A DNA stretch of 64,000 bases from positions 2,043-66,042 of the forward strand of contig JAUZRK010000010.1 of the NCBI GenBank assembly GCA_030950485.1. Reading direction: 5' to 3'. Positions within the stretch are counted from its first letter, which is position 1. Each line of letters starts with the position of its first letter. A program made the translations under genes and the position numbers. The DNA comes from Candidatus Dojkabacteria bacterium (GTDB lineage Bacteria > Patescibacteriota > Dojkabacteria > J137). A model generated the notes under the pieces. That model was given only the letters and a program-made list of their open reading frames with translations. It was not told the DNA's origin and did no database searches. Shown piece by piece: positions 1 to 10,189 of the stretch.

Positions 1-2
1 CA

Positions 3-629
3 AAGGAGCATTCTCGTGGAGGGCAGGCGTATTTCTTACATAATAGGGTAGAGACAATAGCTGCTATTAAAGAGAAATTAAGTAATCTCTTACCCGGTAT
101 TAAATTTGAATTTGCTCATGGGAAAATGTCTGCGTCTCAACTTGATAGAATAATGACAGATTTCTATCTAAATAAGTTTGATGTTTTAATATCTACAACT
201 ATTATTGAGAATGGATTAGACCTTCCAAATGTGAACACTATGATAATTCATGATGCTCATAGATTAGGTCTTTCACAGCTATATCAACTTAGAGGTAGGG
301 TGGGTAGAGGAGATAGACAAGCGTATTGTTATTTAATGTGTCCAAGATTTAAAACTAAAACAATGTCAGTTGATGAAACAAAGACTGATCTTAAAATAAA
401 AAGTGTAGAGAGATCTAAGTTATACCTTGAAAGGTTACAGTCACTTGTTGAAAATTCAGACCTAGGAGCTGGATTTCAAATTGCTTCTAAAGATCTTGAA
501 ATTAGAGGAGCCGGATCTATTTTAGGTGAAAAACAACATGGGCATATAACTGAAATTGGATATGCCTTATATATAGAAATGCTTGCAGGTGAGATTGAAA
601 TGTTAAAAGAAAAATTGAATTTACCTTAA
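3..629 (+). CDS. mfd: Transcription-repair coupling factor Mfd, C-terminal part (5' end outside the window)
   Basis: Frame is open from nt 3: RGGQAYFLHNRVETI, TTIIENGLDLPNVNT, GLSQLYQLRGRVGR, GAGFQIASKDLEIRGAG (helicase and TRG motifs). Confidence 0.93.
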   Translation, partial: KEHSRGGQAYFLHNRVETIAAIKEKLSNLLPGIKFEFAHGKMSASQLDRIMTDFYLNKFDVLISTTIIENGLDLPNVNTMIIHDAHRLGLSQLYQLRGRVGRGDRQAYCYLMCPRFKTKTMSVDETKTDLKIKSVERSKLYLERLQSLVENSDLGAGFQIASKDLEIRGAGSILGEKQHGHITEIGYALYIEMLAGEIEMLKEKLNLP

Positions 630-633
630 TCTC

Positions 634-2049
634 CTACTTCTTGCTTCTCTTTGCCTCAACTTTCTTTTCAAATGATTTTATTTTCTTAATTTCTCTTTTG
701 TCTTGCTTTTCTTCAACGCTAAATTTAAAAGACTGATTAAATGATCTCATAGAAGATTCAAGTGTCACTAGAGAACTGCTTATTAAATTAAACTTGTAGA
801 TAAGTAAAGAAATAGTAATTAAGAAAAGACCAATGATTACCTTGTTATCTGAATCAGAAAAAAGACTACCATCTGTTAATATATTAGTCTTAGGTAAGCA
901 CCCATTATTAATACAAGTTGGATCATTTGCACATTCAGCTAATATACATTTTCCTTCAGTTACATTACATATATGATCATTAGGACATTGCGAATCATTT
1001 TTGCAAGGACCTCCGCAAACCGGAGAACAGCCATCTATACAGTTTGCATCAGTACAGCCATTTAGTGTACATTTACCACTTAGGCATGAATGATTATTAG
1101 GACATTCTGAATCACTAATACAAGAATCTCCACATTCATTTAGCTCAATTTTACAAATTGCACTACAACCATCATTATTAAAATTATTACCATCGTCACA
1201 TTCTTCACCAGAGTCTAAATTACCATCTCCGCATGAAGGAGGGATTTCAACTATACAAGCAGCACTACAACTATCACCGTCAATATTATTGCCATCGTCG
1301 CACTCTTCACCAGAATCTAAATTACCATCTCCACAAGAAGGATCAACTTCTATCTTACAATTACTATTGCAACCATCTCCATTTGTTTTATTACCATCAT
1401 CGCATTGTTCTCCTGAATCTTTAGTTCCATCTCCACATACAGGTACAGGACAATCTCCTCCATATGCTGCTGTACCAAACCAAGTACCTCCAATATTTAT
1501 ATCAATCTGTTTACATTGACCGCACGCCGCGCCATTAGCATCATATCTTCCTGGTGAAGATGCATTAAAACTAGATTTATTTGAACTAGTACCGACACAA
1601 TCATTGTTGTTTATAACACCATTCCCATCTTTATCAGTAGCTTTTCCTGAATAACTATTACTTTCTCTAACATCACAATTAGCTCCTATATTTATAAACG
1701 AACCTGCAACAGAAGGGTTATCTACGTTACAAGTAGTTCCACCTCCACCTCCTGTACCACTACAAAAATCAGGTGCTTGTTCATAGTTATAATCAGTTCT
1801 TATAGAAGAGCCAACTGAGGTACAAAATTCCTTAGCTCTATCAGTACAACTACCTTGCGGTGCGCTACAATCAGGACCAAACTCTGAACCATCAATGCAT
1901 GATCCGCCTATACAAGCAACACTAGCAGAAGAATCTTGGGCTGAGCCATCATTTTGAAGACTAAGTCCTACATATATAGAAGCTGCTACTAGTCCAATGG
2001 TTAATAAAAGTAATATTCCTATTACAATTCGTCTTGCTTGAAGTGACAT
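634..2049 (-). CDS. Cys-rich surface protein with Myxococcus cysteine-rich (DUF4215-like) repeats, N-terminal TM, and LPKT motif followed by a C-terminal TM
   Basis: Three CGDGxxDSGE(Q/E)CDDGN..DGC...C repeats; two C..DS.CPN.H.C repeats; hydrophobic segments at both ends. Confidence 0.8.
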   Translation of the reverse strand: MSLQARRIVIGILLLLTIGLVAASIYVGLSLQNDGSAQDSSASVACIGGSCIDGSEFGPDCSAPQGSCTDRAKEFCTSVGSSIRTDYNYEQAPDFCSGTGGGGGTTCNVDNPSVAGSFINIGANCDVRESNSYSGKATDKDGNGVINNNDCVGTSSNKSSFNASSPGRYDANGAACGQCKQIDINIGGTWFGTAAYGGDCPVPVCGDGTKDSGEQCDDGNKTNGDGCNSNCKIEVDPSCGDGNLDSGEECDDGNNIDGDSCSAACIVEIPPSCGDGNLDSGEECDDGNNFNNDGCSAICKIELNECGDSCISDSECPNNHSCLSGKCTLNGCTDANCIDGCSPVCGGPCKNDSQCPNDHICNVTEGKCILAECANDPTCINNGCLPKTNILTDGSLFSDSDNKVIIGLFLITISLLIYKFNLISSSLVTLESSMRSFNQSFKFSVEEKQDKREIKKIKSFEKKVEAKRSKK

Positions 2050-2155
2050 TAAAATATTTAGTTATAACTATAAATAGAATATCAGAAAAATGAGCAATAG
2101 AAAATGATGAAAATGCAGTTACTTGTTAATTTCTGTATAAAATAACTATAGCCAA

Positions 2156-2164
2156 TGCTATAAT
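2156..2164 (+). promoter_or_regulatory. Extended -10 promoter (TGcTATAAT) upstream of the leuS leader
   Basis: Perfect TGnTATAAT, with an ATG at 2171. Confidence 0.55.
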
Positions 2165-2170
2165 TTATTA

Positions 2171-2215
2171 ATGGAAATGATAAATATAAATAATTTCTTT
2201 TTTCTTCTCCCTTAA
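2171..2215 (+). other. Candidate leaderless leader peptide MEMININNFFFLLP
   Basis: 14-codon ORF starting 6 nt after TATAAT; its stop lies inside the hairpin CTCCCTTAAGGGAG. Confidence 0.35.
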
Positions 2216-2301
2216 GGGAGATTTCTTCACGTATAAAATTTCACTAATACTAGGTTTGTATTTAATTTGATGTTTAAACATCTAGTTTGTAGAATTGGAT
2301 T

Positions 2302-2372
2302 AAGGCAAAAAAGTAAAAAATATAAACTAAAATGGCAAAAAGTAAAAAGCATGAAGCATAAAGCATAAAGCT
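2302..2372. repeat. Degenerate A-rich heptamer tandem repeats (AAAAGTA/AAAGCAT type)
   Basis: About 7-nt periodicity is visible; same family at 25497-25730 and 30088-30360. Confidence 0.55.
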
Positions 2373-2478
2373 TGGGGAGGAGGCTGAAAAAAATAGAGTG
2401 GTGAGTATTTAGATTACCTTGTAGATAAAAAATAGGTAAGGGTAATTAGTAAAAAATTAAAATGTTATTTTATTAAAA

Positions 2479-4914
2479 ATGAGTAAATTTGATCCAAAAA
2501 ATTATGAGAATAAATGGAGTGAAAAGTGGGAAGCTGAATCTGTTTATAAGACTCCATCTATAGAAAAGGGTGATGATAAAGCTTACATATTAGATATGTA
2601 TCCTTATCCTTCGGGATCAGGATTACATGTAGGTCATCCAAGAGGTTACTTAGCAACTGATGTAGTTTCAAGATTTGAAAGAATGAATGGTAAAAAAGTT
2701 TTATATCCTATGGGATTTGACTCATTTGGTTTACCAGCTGAAAATTATGCAATAAAGACTAATGTTCATCCTGAAGAGTCTACAAATAAAGCAATTAAAA
2801 TGTTTAAATCTCAGATAGAAAATATTGGTTTATCTTATGACTGGGATCGAGAATTAATGTCTCATGATCCAGAATATATGAAATGGACTCAGTGGATTTT
2901 CTTGAAGATGTATAAAGCAGGTAAAGCTTATCAGAAAGAAGCTCCAGTGAACTGGTGTCCAACTGATAACACTGTTTTAGCCAATGAGCAGGTAGAAGCC
3001 GATGGTACTTGTGAGAGATGTGGTAGTGAAGTAATTCAGAAAAATATGAAGCAATGGTTTTTCAAAATTACTGATTATGCAGATAGATTAATTTCTGATT
3101 TAGATAAAATTGATTGGCCAGAAAGTACAAAATTAGGTCAGAAAAATTGGATTGGAAAAAGTGAGGGTGCAAAAATGAGATTTAAAGTTGTCAGCTCGTC
3201 TTCAGATAAAGAAATAACTGAATTAGAAGTTTTTACAACCGCATTTGATACAGTTTATGGCGCAACTTTTATGGTTATCGCACCTGAACATGATTTAATT
3301 AATATTAATAAATCAGAAATTACTAATATTGACGATGTTAATTCATATGTAGAAGAATCTAAAAAGAAGACAGAGTTAGATAGAAGACAGAACAAAGAGA
3401 AAAGTGGAATTAAAATTGAAGGTATAGAAGCTATTAATCCTGTAAACGGTAAAAAAATACCTGTTTTTGTTGCTGATTATGTATTAGTAGAATATGGGTC
3501 AGGTGCAATTATGGCAGTTCCAGCTCATGATGAAAGAGATTTTGAGTTTGCTAATAAATATAATTTAGAAATTGTTCCAGTAGTAGAAGCAGAAGATATC
3601 AAAGATTTTATAAGCTATTCTGCTGATGTTAAAAAGAATCCTTCTAAATATAGTGTTATTAATTCAGAAAGCTTCAACGGTAAATCCTATAAAGTGGTAA
3701 GAGAAGAAATGATGCAAGAGTTTGAGAAAAAAGATTTTGCTGAGAGAACAACAGAATATAAATTAAGAGATTGGTTAGTATCTCGTCAGAGATTCTGGGG
3801 TTGCCCAATTCCTATTGTCTACGATCCTGAAGGAAATCCACACCCAGCTTCTGAGGATGAGTTGCCAATTAGGTTACCAATGGATATAGATTTTAAACCA
3901 ACTGGAGAATCTCCTTTAAGATATTCTGAAAGCTTTCATAAATCAGCTGAAGAAAAATATGGAAAAGGTTGGAGAAGAGAAGTCGATACATTAGATACTT
4001 TTATGGATTCAAGTTGGTATTTCTTTAGATTTACTGATGTTAAAAATAAAGAAGAATTTGCATCAGCTGAGTCTATGAATAAATGGATGCCAGTAGATTT
4101 ATACATTGGAGGAGCTGAACATACGGTATTACACTTAATGTATGCAAGATTTTTTACTAAATTCTTTTTTGACGAAGGTTATATTGATTTTGATGAACCA
4201 TTCCAAAAATTAAGACATCAAGGGATGATCTTGGCAGAAGATAGTAGAAAAATGAGCAAAAGATGGGGTAATACAATTGATCCAAATGAAGAAATTGAAA
4301 AATATGGAGCTGATACATTAAGAATCTACGAAATGTTTATGGCACCATTTAATTCAACTACACCTTGGAGTACAGAGACAGAGGTTGGTGTATTTAGATT
4401 CTTAGGAAAAATCTGGGATCAATCTGAAAAAGTCGATGAGTCATTCGAATCAGACGAGCAAGAGAAAATGATTCATAAATTAATAAAAAAAGTAACTGAA
4501 GATATTAATTCAATGAGTTTTAATACAGCGGTTGCAAAGATGATGGAATTTGTTAATTTTGTTTCGAAAGAAGAAAAGATTAATAAATCTGTTTGGGAAA
4601 GATTTATTTTAGTAATAGCTCCCTTCGGACCATTTATCTCAGAAGAGTTATGGAATAAATCAGGCAATGAGTTTAGCGTACATAAACAAAGCTGGCCTTC
4701 TTTTGATGAAGCTATGACAATAGAGTCATCTGTTGAGATGGGAGTTCAGATTAATGGAAAAGTTAGAGGCTCAATACAAATCGCAGTAGATGCTACAGAA
4801 GAAAATGCAATAGAATTAGCATTAGCTGAAGCTAATATTCAAAAGTATGTTGGAGATAATAAACCTAAAAAGATTATCTATATACCTGGTAAAATCTTGA
4901 ATATTATTGTGTAA
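2479..4914 (+). CDS. leuS: Leucine--tRNA ligase
   Basis: MYPYPSGSGLHVGH (HIGH), KMSKR, DWLVSRQRFWG, YIGGAEH, VQINGKVR. Confidence 0.98.
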   Translation: MSKFDPKNYENKWSEKWEAESVYKTPSIEKGDDKAYILDMYPYPSGSGLHVGHPRGYLATDVVSRFERMNGKKVLYPMGFDSFGLPAENYAIKTNVHPEESTNKAIKMFKSQIENIGLSYDWDRELMSHDPEYMKWTQWIFLKMYKAGKAYQKEAPVNWCPTDNTVLANEQVEADGTCERCGSEVIQKNMKQWFFKITDYADRLISDLDKIDWPESTKLGQKNWIGKSEGAKMRFKVVSSSSDKEITELEVFTTAFDTVYGATFMVIAPEHDLININKSEITNIDDVNSYVEESKKKTELDRRQNKEKSGIKIEGIEAINPVNGKKIPVFVADYVLVEYGSGAIMAVPAHDERDFEFANKYNLEIVPVVEAEDIKDFISYSADVKKNPSKYSVINSESFNGKSYKVVREEMMQEFEKKDFAERTTEYKLRDWLVSRQRFWGCPIPIVYDPEGNPHPASEDELPIRLPMDIDFKPTGESPLRYSESFHKSAEEKYGKGWRREVDTLDTFMDSSWYFFRFTDVKNKEEFASAESMNKWMPVDLYIGGAEHTVLHLMYARFFTKFFFDEGYIDFDEPFQKLRHQGMILAEDSRKMSKRWGNTIDPNEEIEKYGADTLRIYEMFMAPFNSTTPWSTETEVGVFRFLGKIWDQSEKVDESFESDEQEKMIHKLIKKVTEDINSMSFNTAVAKMMEFVNFVSKEEKINKSVWERFILVIAPFGPFISEELWNKSGNEFSVHKQSWPSFDEAMTIESSVEMGVQINGKVRGSIQIAVDATEENAIELALAEANIQKYVGDNKPKKIIYIPGKILNIIV

Positions 4915-4936
4915 ATTTTTTTGAGGAAAATAAAAA

Positions 4937-4968
4937 GTAGGGGAGGCATCGATGCCTCCCCTATTTTT
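4937..4968 (+). terminator. Hairpin terminator after leuS (GTAG-type REP-like palindrome)
   Basis: TAGGGGAGGCATC/GATGCCTCCCCTA followed by a T-run. Confidence 0.7.
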
Positions 4969-5056
4969 TCTATCTTTCAAAGATGCCTCCATTATACTAT
5001 TATGTAATCGAATTATTTTAAATATTTATTTTTATACTATGATTAAATTTAACTTT

Positions 5057-6937
5057 ATGAAAATTTTCACGCCTATAACGGTACTATCACTATGCGCATT
5101 TACATTTGCTCTCGTTTCTAAAGCAGACGCTGCAACATATTATGTTTCAACTTCTGGAGATAACGGAAATGATGGAAGTAGTGGAACGCCATGGAGAGAT
5201 ATTCAACATGCGCTAGATACTATGACTGGTGGTGATACATTAAAGATTGGGGCGGGAACATATTCAGAATCTGTGAGAGTAAAAAATGATCTAGATGGAA
5301 CTGTCTCTGCTAGAACTATAATAGAGCCTTGGAATTCTAATGATACACTTACAATTACTTCAGATACATCATCAAACTATGTTCTAAGAATTGAATCTGA
5401 CTATACACTACTGTTAGAAATTTAATAATAGATGGGCAAGCTCCAACTAATTCTGTTGCCTCTGGAGATTCTCAATGTTTAATTGCTAGACCTCACTATA
5501 CTGAAGGAACTGATTTGCTAGATCTACAATTAGATGGATTAAATGTTAAGAAATGTTCAGGACATGGAATTGATATTGGAGGAGATGAGATTGGAGGAAC
5601 AGATTACTATGCGAGTGGAAGTGTTAAAAATTCAATAGTTGAGTACGCAGCAATGAATAATTACAATGGAGACAGAGGAGGCTCAGGTTGGCAATCTGGC
5701 TTAAAAATATCTCACAACGGAAAAGATATAGAACTTTCAAATAATACAATAAAAAATAACTGGGGAGAAGGTGTTGCAATAACAAGAGGAGAGAATGTTA
5801 CATTTAAAAATAATACTATCTTTAATAGTTATTCTGTAAATATTTATATTGATAATTCTATTAATACAATTGTAGATAGTAATTTTGCTTATTGTAACGA
5901 TAGCTCATTAATTCTTAAAGATGGTAAGAAAGCTTCTGGTATCTCAGTAGGTGAAGAATTTTATACAGGTTGGGGAAATCAAATGAGTACTTTAAAAGTA
6001 TTTAATAATATTGTTTACAATTGTTCTAGAGGGTTTACTTGGTATGGAACTGATACTAACGCAGCATCAGGTGGTTTAGATAATACAATTATTGCAAATA
6101 ATACTTTCTATCTTCTTGATAATACATCATCAGCAATTTATTTAGACGGAGAGGTTGGAGATGATATTGAGTTTAAAAATAATATTATAGTAAGTAACGC
6201 TGGAGCTGTATGGATTGATAGTGCGATTGGAACTTATGATTTTGACTATAAATCTTTGGGCAAATTCAAATGATCCTTCTCAAACTGAGCTAAGCGGATC
6301 AAATGATGTACTTGCTACTGTAGCTTCAATTAGTTTTATTCAAAGTCCTGCTTATTCAGCAAGTAACTTTAATATAGAAGCATCATCAAGTGCTGTAGAT
6401 AAAGGAACAGTTATAGCTTCAAATTTATATGATTTTAACAGAATAGAAAGAGATAGTAATCCAGATATAGGAGCATATGAAGTTTCTGAAACTATATTAG
6501 AATTAGCTACAAACTTTTTAATCAATAATTCATTTACAACAACAGTTTACATTGGTGAAGTTGTAGACTTTACTGATATATCTTCTGGAAACGTACTTAC
6601 TTGGGAATGGGATTTTGATAATGATGGAGTAGTTGATAGTACAGATCAAAATCCAACTTATACTTATACTGAAGCAGGTACTTTTGAAGTTAAATTAACT
6701 ATTACTGATGCTGATGGTTCAGTTACGGTAACTAGAACAAGCGCAGTTAAAGTTTTAGATCCAAGCGCAAGTATAGAAGTATTTAGATTTAGAAATAATG
6801 ATCTTGGTGGATCAGCTCACTTTTATGTAACAGGGACGCAAAATAGGGATATAGTAGTTTTAAGATCACAATCTGGAGGAATATGGGATGGAGTGTTTAC
6901 ATACGAGACTGTAGCATTTTATGTACCAATGAATTAA
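5057..6937 (+). pseudogene. Secreted right-handed beta-helix protein with choice-of-anchor-Q-like and PKD domains; split by two frameshifts and apparently truncated
   Basis: Signal peptide then YYVSTSGDNGNDGS..PW..IQ.A; parallel beta-helix repeats; PDIGAYE; PKD motif WEWDFDNDG..DST.QNP; frameshifts near 5407 and 6250 join the three ORFs. Confidence 0.75.
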
Positions 6938-7033
6938 TTCAACGTAGTGGATGCAGATCTTTGTTCCCTACCTAGTAATAAATATAAAAACAATAAATTG
7001 GATTTAATAAATATTTTCCTATAAACTTAATTA

Positions 7034-7381
7034 ATGGAAGAAACAAAAATAGAAAATATAATTGATAATGATAAAACTATAAACAGTCTTGTTGATATGG
7101 ACCATGAATTAGAAGAAAAGGCTAGACGAAGAGCAAGAGAAAAAGGAAGTCTAATAGCGCATACTTTTATATTTATTTTAGGATCTTTAGGATTATTTAT
7201 ATATAACGCTATTACGGCTTGGAATGATTGGAGTAACTGGTGGTTTTTACCTGTAGTTGGAGGTTGGTTTATAGGTTATATAATCCATTTTTTAAGTACT
7301 ACACTTTTTAATGGGTTGGTAGCAAACTATATAGAAACTACTACTGAGAAAGAATTAGAAAAGGAATCTAAGAAATTATAA
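7034..7381 (+). CDS. 2TM-domain membrane protein
   Basis: A.RR..E.....H...F....L..N...W...WF..V.GW.....H pattern. Confidence 0.7.
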   Translation: MEETKIENIIDNDKTINSLVDMDHELEEKARRRAREKGSLIAHTFIFILGSLGLFIYNAITAWNDWSNWWFLPVVGGWFIGYIIHFLSTTLFNGLVANYIETTTEKELEKESKKL

Positions 7382-7393
7382 ATAGAAGTTCTC

Positions 7394-8131
7394 TTACTTA
7401 AATATCCTATCAAGAGCTAGATTCAACATTCCTCTTTTTACACTTTGATTTTGAGTAAAAGTTATTTTTCCTACTTCTATAGCCTTTATATAATCTGACA
7501 CAACTACAATTGACTCACTATGAATTGATTTATTAAGTGTTTTACTTAAATTTTCAATATTACTAATTCTCGTTCCAGAAAAGTCAGCATAAATTTCTAT
7601 ACTATCAGGAATTGTAATTACCAACTTTTTAATTTCAAAATTGCTAGATGAAATTATAATAAAAGTTTCTATATCTTCTATCTCGAGTGAAATTGGAGAT
7701 AGAGTATAATCATCAGTATTTAGACTAAATCTTGTTTTTAACTCCTCTTTTATATCTCTAATTACTATTTCTTTCAGATTCTTATTCTCAACTTTTATAA
7801 TCCATTCTTTTTCTATTGAATCTTTATCAATTGAAGAGTAATTTTTTAATGCTCTATATAAGTCATCTTTTGCATAATCTAATAGACTGTCAGAATATTC
7901 TAATTTTACTTCGTTATATTTCTGATTGTTTTCTACTATGCTTGAATCCAAACTGTAATCAAAACTAGTACTAGATTCTAGTTCTATATCTTGAATATTT
8001 TTATTTGAAAAGAATAGGTTATTAGTTTGAGCAATATACCAATTTTCTCTATTCTCGGAGTAATATAAACTTAATTAAAAAAAAGAAGAAGCTAATAACA
8101 TTAAGATTCCAATTAAAATTGTTCTCTTCAT
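7394..8131 (-). pseudogene. Secreted or membrane-anchored hypothetical protein with an in-frame TAA at 8075-8077
   Basis: ATG at 8131 (MKRTILIGILMLLASSFF*LSLYYSEN...) is in frame with ORF 7394-7951. Confidence 0.55.
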
Positions 8132-8166
8132 TGTTATTAGCTTCTTAAATTTAAAGTTCTTTTGTC

Positions 8167-9480
8167 TTAGTTATCTTGAATTTGAAGAACTAATACTTGT
8201 GTTTGACCGCTTACTGTTGTTTCTGAAGCAAGTCTAAATGATGCTTTATTCTTAAGCTTAACTCTATAAACAGCAGTACCAGTATTTTCATTAAAGCTCT
8301 CAAGTTTTCCACTTAGGAAATTCGCTGCTGATAAATCAGCACTTATTGTTGCTTGACTAGCTTCACCAAAATCTTTGTAACTTGCTAAATTTTTAATTGT
8401 TACATCAATAAAGAATGATCCATTTTCTTCAACTAGTTCTGCAGTTGAATTTGTTATAAATTCATCTCCAACGTTATTTCTACTTCCCCAAGCTATTTCA
8501 AAATAATTAACTGTATCTTCATAATAAAACTCATTATATTCAATAGTATCATTTGTAACGCTACTCACTATAAATTGAGTTTCTTCAGAAAAGTCATTAT
8601 CTAGATTTAATCCTGTTGGTGTAGTAACTACTGGCTTATCTTCAGTTGTTGTATCTTCTACAACTACATCTTCTATTGCTGAAGTATCTTTATCAAATTG
8701 TGCTTGTGTTTTTATATCAATTATTAATCTGTTTCCAGCAGCAGAAATTGCATATCTAGAATCTTCATTTAGAATAAAAACAAAGCTATTATTTACAACA
8801 TCATATTGAATCTCAGATACAATAGAATCTGCGATTGAACTAGTAGTCTGTAAACTTGGATCAGTCTTAGCACCTCCTAATGCAACTGTTAATTTATTCT
8901 CAGCATTATTAAAAGTAATTCCTAATACTGGAAGTGACTGACTATTATCTGCAACTAATCCATCGAAAGCTATTTCAGTTCTACTAAAAGTAGTATAAGT
9001 TTGATAGTTTAATTTTGATGCTGTAACAGTTTTACTGTCTATAGTCTCGTTTCCTATAGAAGAAAAGCTCTCTGTTGTAACGAAACTAGCATCTTTTGGA
9101 GTATTGCTTACTCCACCTGATGGCTTAGCAGTTGTATTTATAGTAATAGGACTGTTATTTGAATCTATAACTGTATTTGTATCGTTATTGTTATCTTCAA
9201 CAACTACATCGTTTCCATTATTATCGTTTGTATCATCTTTTGAAATTAATTCTCTAACACCAAAAGCCGCACCAACTCCTATAATAATTACTACGATTAC
9301 ATACAATATTATTCTAATCGGACTTTCTTCTTCTACTCTTAAATCACTGAATCTTGCAGGATCTAACCTGTCTGGGTTTATAGTACTGTGTAAAGAACTA
9401 CTTAGGTCTTTAGACAATAGAGGTGACTTTTCAATTACGTCTTTCTCATTTGTCTTAGTTTTTTTAACTTTTTTTGGCAT
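8167..9480 (-). CDS. Single-pass membrane protein with two extracellular beta-rich (AMIN-like) domains
   Basis: TM IILYVIVVIIIGVGAAFGV; N/D-rich linkers; domains ending RLIIDIK and VLVLQIQ; likely start MPKK at 9480. Confidence 0.6.
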   Translation of the reverse strand: MPKKVKKTKTNEKDVIEKSPLLSKDLSSSLHSTINPDRLDPARFSDLRVEEESPIRIILYVIVVIIIGVGAAFGVRELISKDDTNDNNGNDVVVEDNNNDTNTVIDSNNSPITINTTAKPSGGVSNTPKDASFVTTESFSSIGNETIDSKTVTASKLNYQTYTTFSRTEIAFDGLVADNSQSLPVLGITFNNAENKLTVALGGAKTDPSLQTTSSIADSIVSEIQYDVVNNSFVFILNEDSRYAISAAGNRLIIDIKTQAQFDKDTSAIEDVVVEDTTTEDKPVVTTPTGLNLDNDFSEETQFIVSSVTNDTIEYNEFYYEDTVNYFEIAWGSRNNVGDEFITNSTAELVEENGSFFIDVTIKNLASYKDFGEASQATISADLSAANFLSGKLESFNENTGTAVYRVKLKNKASFRLASETTVSGQTQVLVLQIQDN

Positions 9481-9670
9481 TTTTATAAAAATAACTTCTA
9501 ATCTAGCAACAGTATAATGGATTTGTAATTTAAGAACAAGAAAAAATAAAGTTCTCAAAAGTTTTCTAAAACATTGATTTATAAGGATAGTAGAAAAAAA
9601 TATAAATTAAATCATTTTTTTAATTTATTTATCTGTATTATAATCGTTTAATATTTATGAATACTTAATA

Positions 9671-10105
9671 ATGAAAAAGAAAAAAAGTAAATCACCATTA
9701 AAAAAGTTTTTAAGTGCAAGTCTACAAAAAAAGGTAAGTTATATAACAACATTTCTTACAATTACGTTTTTCATTTTTGTTGTAATATCTTTTATAAATC
9801 CTACTTTAAGTAAGAAGAACGAAAGAGAGTTTTGTCAGAGTGAAGAAGATAAGTACGATGAAGGAAAGTTTTGTGTTGAATTCAGTTCAGAGAAAAAATT
9901 ATTAAATGATGCAGCGTACGATATAAGTATTACTAAAGATGGAAAGGAAGTTTATACTCGAGGTTTTAATTTTTTTCAAACAAACCAAGAACTATCAAAA
10001 GTAATAGATAAGTTAGACTTAGAGTGGAGTGAAAGAGGATTAGAAATAGATTTTAAAGAAGAAGAGCAAAAGACAAATATTTCAAAAGACTTTTTTATAA
10101 AATAA
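9671..10105 (+). CDS. Hypothetical membrane-anchored protein
   Basis: Basic N-terminus plus one TM, 144 aa. Confidence 0.6.
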   Translation: MKKKKSKSPLKKFLSASLQKKVSYITTFLTITFFIFVVISFINPTLSKKNEREFCQSEEDKYDEGKFCVEFSSEKKLLNDAAYDISITKDGKEVYTRGFNFFQTNQELSKVIDKLDLEWSERGLEIDFKEEEQKTNISKDFFIK

Positions 10106-10112
10106 TGAATTT

Positions 10113-10150
10113 AGACTGAGCGAATAATAAAATTTATCGCTCAGTCTTTT
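10113..10150. terminator. Hairpin terminator between convergent genes
   Basis: AGACTGAGCGA...TCGCTCAGTCT followed by T residues. Confidence 0.7.
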
Positions 10151-10189
10151 AATATTCCTCTATATATTTGTTCTTAAAATTTGAGGACT

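Noticed and set aside
2216-2478. T-box riboswitch upstream of leuS (also checked before cysS)
   Set aside because: No AAnnnGGGTGGnACC T-box consensus or stem I is recognisable
4952-5056. Upstream start of ORF 4952, and the GTG start of mraZ at 50664
   Set aside because: These extensions run through a terminator hairpin and the MraZ boxes; the better starts are 5057 and 50715
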